From contig JACQDD010000210.1 in assembly GCA_016201265.1 (NCBI GenBank), forward strand, positions 3,102-67,101: a stretch of 64,000 nucleotides of DNA, in the 5' to 3' direction. The stretch is from Terriglobales bacterium. GTDB lineage: Bacteria; Acidobacteriota; Terriglobia; Terriglobales; Acidobacteriaceae. Below are positions 54,406 through 62,583 of this stretch, one piece after another. The notes beneath the pieces are model-generated. The model did no database searches. It saw nothing but the letters and a program-made list of their open reading frames with translations, and was not told where the DNA came from. A program made the position numbers and the translations under genes. Numbering within the stretch: the first letter of the stretch is position 1; every line of letters starts with the position of its first letter.

Positions 54406-54436
54406 GCGGATGCTGCGTTCTTAGCGCAGCATCCGC
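54406..54436. other. Perfect 12-bp stem-loop in the mcp-cheB spacer
   Basis: GCGGATGCTGCG-ttcttag-CGCAGCATCCGC. On the operon (minus) strand it is followed by an A-run, not a U-run. Confidence 0.85.
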
Positions 54437-54464
54437 AGGTTACGTATGAAGTGACCGCCGCGCT

Positions 54465-57182
54465 TTACGAACCTGCCCCGGCGCTCATTGCCCTCGAGGC
54501 TTGCGGCCTCGCCTGATGCCCAGAGTGTGCATCATTCTCAATCTTGAATTGCGAAACCAGTTCGCGCAGCTTGGTCGACATCTGTGCCAAGGACTGTGCC
54601 GCCTTCAGCGAGTCGTTGGCCCCATGGGTCGTGCTCTTCGCCGCCTCCGCCACGCCGGCGATGTTCTGGCTGATCTCGCCCGAACCGCGCGCCGCTTCGC
54701 TGACGTTGCGGGACATTTCGTTGGTCGTGGCGTTTTGCTCTTCCACGGCGGTGGCGATCGTGTTGGAGATGTCGTTCACCTGCTTGATCACCTCGCCGAT
54801 CTGACTGATGGCGTCAACCGCGCTCTTGGTGTCGCCCTGGATCGCCTCAATCTTGCGGCTGATGTCCTCCGTCGCCTTGGCCGTCTGCTTAGCCAGTTCC
54901 TTGACCTCGTTGGCCACCACCGCAAAACCCTTGCCGGCTTCGCCGGCGCGGGCGGCTTCGATGGTGGCATTCAAGGCCAGCAGATTGGTCTGCTGGGCAA
55001 TCGAGGTGATGACCTTGATGACCTGCCCAATTTCGGTGCTGGAATCTCCCAGTTTGCTCACGATCTGGTTGGTATCTTCCGCCACCTTGACCGCACTGGT
55101 GGCGACCTTCGCCGATTCATGAGCGTTCTTGGCGATTTCCTTGATGCTGGCACTCATTTCTTCGGTGCCGGTCGCCACGGTCTGGAGGTTCTTGTTGACT
55201 TGCTCAGCCCCAGCCGAAACTACGTTGGCTTGTGCCGAGGTTTCTTCCGCGTTGGCGCTCATCTGCTGGCTGGTGGCCGTCAGTTCCTCCGCGGAACTCG
55301 ACAGCGCCTGCGCGTTCTGCCCGAGCGTCTCCATGCTTCCCCGGAGCGTGTCGGCCGTCTTGTTGGTTGCTTTCCCGACCTCCGCGAAGACTCCCTGGTA
55401 CGTCCCCCGGACGCGACGCGTGTAGTCGTTCGCTGCCATCAACTGCAGAACCTCATTGGCCTCAACTAACCCACCCAGGCCATCGATACAAGCGTTGAGG
55501 TTGTTCTTGATGGTGTTGAAATCCCCGTTGTAGGTGTCCGTGATCTTGGGCGGCACGTCGCCCTTGGAGATCTGGTCCACGTACTTGGCCGCCACGTTCA
55601 AAGGCCCGATCACCGCGTCCAGGGTCTCGTTCACTCCCTGCACGATCTTGCGGTAGTCGCCCTGGTGCATGCCGGCATCGGCCCGCGTCGCCAGCTTGCC
55701 CTCCACCGCCGCCTTCGACAGCATGCCGGCATCGGCCACCAGCGCGTTCACTGCGTCGATGCACTGGTTCAGATTGTTCTTGATGGTGTTGAAGTCGCCG
55801 TTGTAGTTGTTTGTGATCTTCGGTGGGATTTCGCCCTTGCTGATCTTGTCGACGAAGTCGGCAGCCACATTCAGGGGCCCGATCACGGCGTCCAGCGTGG
55901 CGTTGACGCCCTCGACGACCTTGCGGTAGTCGCCCTGGTGCTTGCCGGCGTCAGCCCGCGTCGCCAGCTTACCCTCCACCGCCGCCTTCGACAGCATGGC
56001 AGCGTCGGCCAGCATTGCGTTCAGTGCCAACTTCTGTTGCGTGACGTCGGTGGCGTACTTCACCACTTTGAAGGGCTTGCCGTGCAAATCCATGATGGGG
56101 TTGCAGGAAGCCTGAATCCAGACTTCCGTCCCGCCCTTGCCCAGCCGCTTGTACTCGGCCGCCTGGTACTCGCCCCGGTTCAGCTTGGCCCAGAACTCCT
56201 TGTAGTCCGCGCTCTGCCGGTAGGCTTCATCCACGAACATGCTGTGATGCTTGCCCTTGACCTCTTCCAGGGTGTAGCCCAGGGCCTTGAGGAAGTTCTC
56301 GTTGGCTTGGACAACCGTTCCGTCCATCTGAAATTCGACCACCGCCTGCGACTTGCCGATGGCGGCAATCTGGCCGGCATAGTCCGCGTTTTGCACTTCC
56401 AGCCGCAGCTTCTCCGTGACCACATCCCAGGTGACCATGGGTCCCAAGTAGTTCTGCTGAGCGTCATATATGGGACTGACGAGAAGACTCAGGGTCTCCG
56501 GCCCCAGCTGGATGTTCGCCTGATGGGGCAGGTTCTTGGGATCGCTGAGCAGACGACGCGGGTGCGCGGGATTCTTGTGGAAAATGTCGATCGAACTTCC
56601 CAGGACATCGTCCACCTTGCAGGGCAGCAGGTGTGCAAGCGTGCTCAGAGTTCTCTTCGAAGCGGCGTTCATGTAGCGGATAATGAAATCGGCGTCGGCC
56701 CGCATTACATTGATGGGAGAATTTTCCACCATCTGCTGGAACATGAGAGCTTCCTTGTTATCCGCCGCGAGGGAGTCTTCCGAAGACACGGTATTCACGA
56801 TCTCGGCAGCAAGCGCCTGTACAAGGGCGACAATCTCGTCGATGGCAGTGTCGTCCACATGCAGCGACTTGAGGCTGGCCACCAGATGCTGCGCGACTCG
56901 GTCGAAATGACGCTGTTCGATATGCAGACCGGCGTGAAGTTCACGCATACCGGGCCCCTTGTAGCGGGCCGGCCCGCCAAGCGCCTGGGAAAAGAACGCG
57001 ACTTGCTGCTCCTTCAGCCGTTTCATGTTGACCCCGGCGAAGAATGGACGAAGGACGACGTCTCCCAGGATACGGACATACATCCCTTCCACGGCTGCAC
57101 GGACGGCGTTTTCGCCGCCGATGGTCTCATAAATGGTTGCTACGGCGGCTCCGCCGCTATTTCCGTTGCGCTTGCCTCTCAT
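54465..57182 (-). CDS. Soluble methyl-accepting chemotaxis protein: truncated haemoglobin (group I) + 2 PAS + duplicated HAMP-like module + MA domain
   Basis: 905 aa with no TM segment. The N-terminus is globin-like: [72 protein letters not shown]. The C-terminal signalling domain includes [37 protein letters not shown]. Confidence 0.9.
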   Translation of the reverse strand: MRGKRNGNSGGAAVATIYETIGGENAVRAAVEGMYVRILGDVVLRPFFAGVNMKRLKEQQVAFFSQALGGPARYKGPGMRELHAGLHIEQRHFDRVAQHLVASLKSLHVDDTAIDEIVALVQALAAEIVNTVSSEDSLAADNKEALMFQQMVENSPINVMRADADFIIRYMNAASKRTLSTLAHLLPCKVDDVLGSSIDIFHKNPAHPRRLLSDPKNLPHQANIQLGPETLSLLVSPIYDAQQNYLGPMVTWDVVTEKLRLEVQNADYAGQIAAIGKSQAVVEFQMDGTVVQANENFLKALGYTLEEVKGKHHSMFVDEAYRQSADYKEFWAKLNRGEYQAAEYKRLGKGGTEVWIQASCNPIMDLHGKPFKVVKYATDVTQQKLALNAMLADAAMLSKAAVEGKLATRADAGKHQGDYRKVVEGVNATLDAVIGPLNVAADFVDKISKGEIPPKITNNYNGDFNTIKNNLNQCIDAVNALVADAGMLSKAAVEGKLATRADAGMHQGDYRKIVQGVNETLDAVIGPLNVAAKYVDQISKGDVPPKITDTYNGDFNTIKNNLNACIDGLGGLVEANEVLQLMAANDYTRRVRGTYQGVFAEVGKATNKTADTLRGSMETLGQNAQALSSSAEELTATSQQMSANAEETSAQANVVSAGAEQVNKNLQTVATGTEEMSASIKEIAKNAHESAKVATSAVKVAEDTNQIVSKLGDSSTEIGQVIKVITSIAQQTNLLALNATIEAARAGEAGKGFAVVANEVKELAKQTAKATEDISRKIEAIQGDTKSAVDAISQIGEVIKQVNDISNTIATAVEEQNATTNEMSRNVSEAARGSGEISQNIAGVAEAAKSTTHGANDSLKAAQSLAQMSTKLRELVSQFKIENDAHSGHQARPQASRAMSAGAGS

Positions 57183-57215
57183 TTGCAGATCTCCCTTTGC
57201 TTGTGAACTTTGATT

Positions 57216-57590
57216 TCAAAGCATCCAACTAGTTACGTAATTCGTAACTCGAGCAGCCCCGAATACCCATGCCACGCGGCGATGCCAGGGGCGATACCGT
57301 TCATTTCCTCTTCGGATGTAAATGCCCAATGGCGCCATGGCGACGTAAGTAGCCAACACCAGTACAGAGGCCGCGACGTGCACAAATAACGATAGCGAAG
57401 GGCAAGTCATGGTCTTGTGGATGGCCCCGCGCGTCGCTTCGATCATGGCCAACGCCGATAGATCCAGACCGAAAGCCGTGCTCATGAGCCAGACGTGCAA
57501 CTCTCGTCGCCGGCGAAGCATGAAACCGCAAGCCAGCAACAGCAGCGTCAGTGTGGACAGTGCCCTAAACATCGATATTCGACCTTTCAT
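57216..57590 (-). CDS. Small integral membrane protein (3-4 TM helices, several His), unknown family
   Basis: 124 aa. Its ATG lies 3 nt after the cheW stop and it ends 33 nt before the mcp start. It has hydrophobic helices and I recognise no family. Confidence 0.55.
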   Translation of the reverse strand: MKGRISMFRALSTLTLLLLACGFMLRRRRELHVWLMSTAFGLDLSALAMIEATRGAIHKTMTCPSLSLFVHVAASVLVLATYVAMAPLGIYIRRGNERYRPWHRRVAWVFGAARVTNYVTSWML

Positions 57591-57593
57591 CCG

Positions 57594-58043
57594 CTATTGC
57601 ACCGAGCGGGCAGCCTCTCCTCCGCTCACGGTTCGTTCCGTGTCGAGTACGAGCAGTAGGCGTTCTTGCAGCTTGTACACTCCGCGTACCAACTCCCGCG
57701 CCTCGCCTTTCAAGGTTTCCGGCGGAGGCTCAAAGCAGCCTTCCTCGACCTCAAGCACATCCCCAATCTCATCCACCAGGAAGCTCACCGCCCCATCATC
57801 GGTGCGCACGACAACATTCATGGGCAGTTGGTACTCCGGACGGTCCTCCATGCCAAAGCGCCGACGCAAATCCAACGCCATCACGATCTGTCCCCGCAAA
57901 TTAATGAGTCCGCGAATGACCTGGGGCATGAGGGGTACTCGGGTCATCTCCTGGTAGCGGATCACCTCCTGCACCTGCTGCACGGGCACCCCGAAGAACT
58001 GATCTCTGAGGAAAAATGTGCAAAATTGCTGTATGTTCGCCAC
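57594..58043 (-). CDS. cheW: Chemotaxis coupling protein CheW
   Basis: 149 aa. FCTFFLRDQFFGVPVQQVQEVI...INLRGQIVMALDLRRRFG...VSFLVDEIGDVLEV is the CheW pattern. Confidence 0.9.
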   Translation of the reverse strand: MANIQQFCTFFLRDQFFGVPVQQVQEVIRYQEMTRVPLMPQVIRGLINLRGQIVMALDLRRRFGMEDRPEYQLPMNVVVRTDDGAVSFLVDEIGDVLEVEEGCFEPPPETLKGEARELVRGVYKLQERLLLVLDTERTVSGGEAARSVQ

Positions 58044-58058
58044 CAGTGTTCTCTCTCC

Positions 58059-60776
58059 TTACGTCTGAACCCCTGCTGACAACTGGCTGCCATCGGCCGC
58101 CGCGATCAGGCCCGGTACATCCAGAATGTCGGTAACGCGTTTCTGGATCACGGCCGAGCCCAGCACGCCTTTACGTTCGGTTTGGCGCTGCATGACAAAC
58201 GATTCCTCGACGATGTCCAGAATGCGGTCCACCACCAGCCCCACACTTCGCCCTTGGTCGGCATAGACCACGACATGCAACGATTCCTGGCCGGCCTCAG
58301 CCGCCTTCCGGCGCTTGGTCTGCAGCACTTCGGAAACCCAGACGAGGGGCATGATCTGCCCCCGGTACTGCACCGCTTCCTGGTCGCCGGCGACCTCGAT
58401 GGTGTCGCGGGGAAATTCCTCGAGGCGCGCCACCAGGGAGAGGTCGATGGCCATTCTCCCGTTTTCCCCGTACTGGAACAGCAGCACGGCATTGCGCTGA
58501 TTCCCGTCGGCAACCCCGAGCGACTGCTTTCCTTCTTTTTCCGCCAGAGCACGGTCCCGGACTTCACTGACCACGTGGGCGCGCTGCGCCAGGCCCAGCA
58601 CATCGAGAATCAGGGCCACCCGGCCGTCTCCCATGATCGTCGCCCCGGCGTAGGCGTTGACGCTCTTCAACTGTTTGCTGAGCGGCTTGACCACGATCTC
58701 CTCGGTGTCGTTGATTTCGTCCACGACCAGCCCAAACTGCTGGTCACCGGCCCGCAGCACCACGATGTTGGCGTTCTGGGTCTCAAGGGCCTTCTTTTCC
58801 ACAACCGTCAGCAGCTCGATAATCTTCTTGGAGAGTGGCTCCACCTTGCTGAACTCGCGCTGGGCCTGGCTCTGGTTGCCATTCACGTTGAGAACGACGA
58901 TTTCCCGCACGAGTTCATGAAAGTGCTTGTGCGTCGCTTCCAGCGCCTGCATCTCGTCGATGCTGCCGTAGTCTTTCAGGCCAGCCGAATAGAGCCATTT
59001 CCCCAAGGCACACTCCGTGGGAGAACCCGCTTGCTCCACCGTCATCGTGGTCTTACCGTCCAGAAGCTGTCGGAGCCGGCCGATCCACTGCTCGTGCTTG
59101 TGCCGGGCCTGGGTGAAATCCAGTGATTCCCATTTGGAACTGGAAGTTGTTGGCGCGGCTGCCGCGTCCTGCGCTTGGGCGTCGGCTTTCAGTTCCCGGT
59201 TTAAATACACGAGGGGAAGGAGTTGCCCCCGCAGCCGGTGGACCGGCGCGCCATTGACCAGTTCAATGCCCTTGCGCGCCTGTTCTCCTTCCAGGCGCAC
59301 CAGTTCGAGCAGACTGACCTGCGGGATGGCGTAGCGGTCGCCGGTGGTGGTCACGATCAAGGCGGGGATGATGGCCAGGGTCAGCGGAATCTTCATGCGT
59401 ACGGTGGAGCCCTGTCCCGGCTTCGACTGCACGTCCACGGTACCGCCGATCTTTTCGATGTTGGTCTTCACCACGTCCATGCCCACGCCCCGGCCGGAAA
59501 CGTTGGTGACTTTTTCCGCCGTGGAGAAGCCCGGCAGGAAGATGAGGTTGGTAATCTCGCGCTCGGTCATCCGTGCTGCCTGATCGGCGCTGACCAGCGC
59601 CTTTTGCATGGCCTTGGTGCGGATTTTTTCGTAGTCCAGTCCGGCGCCGTCGTCGGTGATTTCGATGTTGACCTGCCCGCCCTCGTGAAAGGCCCGCAAG
59701 AACAGCCGGCCCTCTGGGTTCTTGCCCGCCGCGATCCGCGCCTCGGGACTTTCGATGCCGTGGTCCACGGAGTTGCGCACGATGTGGGTGAGCGGGTCCT
59801 TGACGGCCTCAATGATCGTCTTGTCGAGCTCGGTTTCCTTGCCTTCCATCTCGATGCGGACCTGTTTGCCGCAGCCCAGCGCCACATCCCGCACGGTGCG
59901 CGGGAACTTGCTCCAGATGTTGCCGATGGGCTGCATGCGGGTCTTCATTACGCCTTCCTGCAGCTCGGTGGTAATGAGGTTGAGCCGCTGGCTGGTGGCC
60001 AAGAGTCCGCTGTCTTCGCTGGAATTGGTAAATTGCACGATCTGGTTGCGGAGCAGGACCAGTTCGCCGACCCGGTTCATCAGCCGGTCGAGCTGGTTAA
60101 CGTCGACCCGAATGGTGCTGTCGCTGGCGCTCTGCCCGCGGGCCTGCTGCTGGACATTCAGCGCTTCGAGCACATCCTGCGGCTTCACGGCTCCCTTTTC
60201 CACCAGAATCTCGCCGACGTGCCGCGGGTCTCCCGCCTTTTGCTGCTCCACGGCGTCGTAGACCTCGCTTACCTTCGCCGCGCCCCGCTTGATTAGGATG
60301 TCGCCGATGCTAGGTACGGGATGCGGCGCATCGTTTTGCTGGGCTTCCTCTTTGGCCGGCGCCGGGTCGGGAGCCGGGTTCGGTTCCGCCTTCGGCTGGA
60401 GCAGCCGCGTCAAGGTGGCGATCAGTTCCTGGTCGTTGCGCTCACCTTCGTTGCCCGTGGCTTCAATGCTTCCCAGCATGTGGCGAACCGCATCCACCAT
60501 GGCCAGCAATGCGGTCGTAATTTCAGGGCTCAGCGTGAGCTGGCCATCACGCAGACGCGCCAGCAGGTTTTCCCCCACGTGGGCGACGGCTTCGAGCTTG
60601 CTGAACGCGAGAAATCCCGAAGTGCCTTTGATGGTGTGAATGGTGCGAAACACGCTCGCCAGGATTTCCTGGTCGGAGGGATGCTTTTCCAGTTCCACCA
60701 GGTCGCGGTCGAGCCGGTCCAGGTTCTCGTAACTTTCGACCAGAAACTCTTTGACGATGTCGTCGGAATCGTTCAT
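58059..60776 (-). CDS. cheA: Chemotaxis histidine kinase CheA, atypical (P1, MshEN-like repeats instead of P2, P3, P4, P5 interrupted by a CZB domain, extra CheW-like domain)
   Basis: 905 aa. It has the Hpt motif FRTIHTIKGTSG, the N-box HIVRNSVDHGIE, G1 DDGAGL and G2 GRGVGMDVV. The P5 halves lie at aa 472-530 and 669-729. The CZB motifs are HEQW / CALGKW / HKHFH. A second CheW-like domain spans aa 760-895. Confidence 0.92.
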   Translation of the reverse strand: MNDSDDIVKEFLVESYENLDRLDRDLVELEKHPSDQEILASVFRTIHTIKGTSGFLAFSKLEAVAHVGENLLARLRDGQLTLSPEITTALLAMVDAVRHMLGSIEATGNEGERNDQELIATLTRLLQPKAEPNPAPDPAPAKEEAQQNDAPHPVPSIGDILIKRGAAKVSEVYDAVEQQKAGDPRHVGEILVEKGAVKPQDVLEALNVQQQARGQSASDSTIRVDVNQLDRLMNRVGELVLLRNQIVQFTNSSEDSGLLATSQRLNLITTELQEGVMKTRMQPIGNIWSKFPRTVRDVALGCGKQVRIEMEGKETELDKTIIEAVKDPLTHIVRNSVDHGIESPEARIAAGKNPEGRLFLRAFHEGGQVNIEITDDGAGLDYEKIRTKAMQKALVSADQAARMTEREITNLIFLPGFSTAEKVTNVSGRGVGMDVVKTNIEKIGGTVDVQSKPGQGSTVRMKIPLTLAIIPALIVTTTGDRYAIPQVSLLELVRLEGEQARKGIELVNGAPVHRLRGQLLPLVYLNRELKADAQAQDAAAAPTTSSSKWESLDFTQARHKHEQWIGRLRQLLDGKTTMTVEQAGSPTECALGKWLYSAGLKDYGSIDEMQALEATHKHFHELVREIVVLNVNGNQSQAQREFSKVEPLSKKIIELLTVVEKKALETQNANIVVLRAGDQQFGLVVDEINDTEEIVVKPLSKQLKSVNAYAGATIMGDGRVALILDVLGLAQRAHVVSEVRDRALAEKEGKQSLGVADGNQRNAVLLFQYGENGRMAIDLSLVARLEEFPRDTIEVAGDQEAVQYRGQIMPLVWVSEVLQTKRRKAAEAGQESLHVVVYADQGRSVGLVVDRILDIVEESFVMQRQTERKGVLGSAVIQKRVTDILDVPGLIAAADGSQLSAGVQT

Positions 60777-61128
60777 GGCAAGTTACCCTCTCAATCGGCG
60801 GAATCATTTCCGGGCTTGAACCCAAAGGTCTCCCCTGCGCTGAAGCCGGTGTCCAGCCGCGCTGCCGCAATCTCGCCGGAAGCTGTCATCAGATTAGAAA
60901 AAGCTCAAAGAAGAATCCGAGAGCCCTACCCGGAGAGCAAGTTCCGGGCCGAGGAACACAGGAAGGGATTCAGACCCGCACCTTCGGGGGAGAACCTAAA
61001 GGACGGGCAGAAAAGTGATGGGAAAAGAAACAATCCATCGGCCGGCCGACCGCGGCCACAAGTCTATTGCCCGGATCGCTACCGAACTCGATTGGCCCGG
61101 TACGCGGTTCGATCCTTGTCATCACCTC

Positions 61129-61543
61129 TCACCGCCGTCGGTCTGACACGTACGCGGGCGTGATCTTGTCGACCGACGTCGTGCCCGCCTGCCGCATGAT
61201 GCCTTCCAGCTCGCGGCGCAGGATGGCCAGCACCGCCTCAACTCCGGGTTGTCCGAAAGCGGCCACCCCCAAGCACTACGTTCGCTCGATACTTGAGTGA
61301 CGCTGGACTCCAGGCGGTACTGCCAATCCCATCCAGACCTGTTTTCGTCAACAGGCGTTCATGCGTATCGTGACGGAGAACCTCGCACCTCATCCCTCTA
61401 TACCTGACCTCGAAGTGAAAGTAATTGTGAGGGGAGGACGGGAACAATACGAGTACGCCATCAGCGAGGATATCTTCGGCTTGGCGCGCATACGGGACCA
61501 GATCCTTTTCTGCAATCAGGTCCTCAGCCGCCACTGGCCCCAA
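61129..61543 (-). pseudogene. Decayed remnant of an FMN-dependent alpha-hydroxy-acid dehydrogenase (C-terminal part, frameshifted)
   Basis: My minus-strand translation of about 61129-61275 gives VAAFGQPGVEAVLAILRRELEGIMRQAGTTSVDKITPAYVSDRRR*. This matches the conserved C-terminal helix pattern of LldD/glycolate-oxidase enzymes. The frame is preceded by an in-frame TAG. The upstream 101-aa ORF, in another frame, ends ...RANVVLGGGRF, which resembles the preceding conserved segment. Confidence 0.35.
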
Positions 61544-61678
61544 TGCATCGGACAGGAAACGGTCTCCATGGCCAAAACGCTGATCGCTCGGGCACGATGG
61601 CTCCTCCCTGTGTCGAAGGTGACCAGCTCGGCAGCTGGCGTTGCGCTCTTTCCGCTCATCGGCGCAAAATCCTCGGCA

Positions 61679-62521
61679 CTAAAATGGAAACCGCACCGTC
61701 GTCACCCAATTCCGGTCGTAGTTGTGGAATTTCGTAGCGGCAATCTGGACGCCCCCGCCAAAAGCAAGTCCCAATCTCTTCCATAAATGCAGACGCCCAA
61801 CCATCAAGCCGGGAGACAAGAACACCTGTTTCTTTCCGTCGTTCTTGCCGTTGGCCCAGAATGTTGAGTTGACCCCTAACTCGGGCCATAGCTTCTTCAA
61901 TATTCTGTATTGGAAGGCAGCGTTGAACGCCACCGGGGTTCCAATTGTGGTGATGTCTCCGGTCGGCAGGGTCACGCCAACCGTACTCTGGACATCAAAA
62001 TTGCCCCATCCCTTTCCCAGCCCGAGTGAGGGTGTAAGCAGCGCATGGGCAGCCCCATTTGAGTAGGAACCGGTGGGTACTGTTGCCCCGAACAACGCAG
62101 TCACGATGTAGTTTCCCCGCTTTTCGTTCCCCGCAGCAGCGCGATACTTGAACAAAAACCCCATGTCGCCGAACCCGTCGCGAATCTGCGGACTGCTGTG
62201 GGTGATGTAGGGAGGCAGGCTTACCAGAACCTCGACTCTTTCCGCCGGGATCAGCTCCAGTCCTCTACCACTGCCGTAATTGGTGGTTGTCAAACTCGCC
62301 TTCGATTGCCATCCGATGTCATAACGAACCTGCTGCACCAAGCGAGGGGTTACCGTGAACACCGGGGCCATCCAATGGGGCTGGTCCGCTTCTGCGCGGG
62401 AAGAACGTTGGAACCATTTGCCGACAAAGTCATCGCCCGGAGATTGAGATGGAGCGGTTTGCGGCCATGCAGGTGCACTGAAGAGGCTTAATGAAATGAG
62501 TACGACGATAGAGACTTTCAA
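61679..62521 (-). CDS. Outer-membrane beta-barrel protein (MetA-pathway/phenol-degradation-like transporter family)
   Basis: 280 aa with a signal peptide ending AWPQ, alternating beta-strand pattern, and a terminal Phe (VRFPF). Confidence 0.72.
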   Translation of the reverse strand: MKVSIVVLISLSLFSAPAWPQTAPSQSPGDDFVGKWFQRSSRAEADQPHWMAPVFTVTPRLVQQVRYDIGWQSKASLTTTNYGSGRGLELIPAERVEVLVSLPPYITHSSPQIRDGFGDMGFLFKYRAAAGNEKRGNYIVTALFGATVPTGSYSNGAAHALLTPSLGLGKGWGNFDVQSTVGVTLPTGDITTIGTPVAFNAAFQYRILKKLWPELGVNSTFWANGKNDGKKQVFLSPGLMVGRLHLWKRLGLAFGGGVQIAATKFHNYDRNWVTTVRFPF

Positions 62522-62583
62522 GTTGTTCTCCGTGACCCGAGCAAAAGCCGCGTGTGCACCGCTGCCCAGTTATTTTCTCAGCG

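Noticed and set aside
61080-61115. tRNA-like T-loop string GCGGTTCGATCC upstream of the dehydrogenase remnant (possible tRNA gene or att site)
   Set aside because: The flanking bases do not form a T-stem (CGCGG versus CTTGT). No acceptor, D or anticodon arms can be drawn, so it is probably a chance match.
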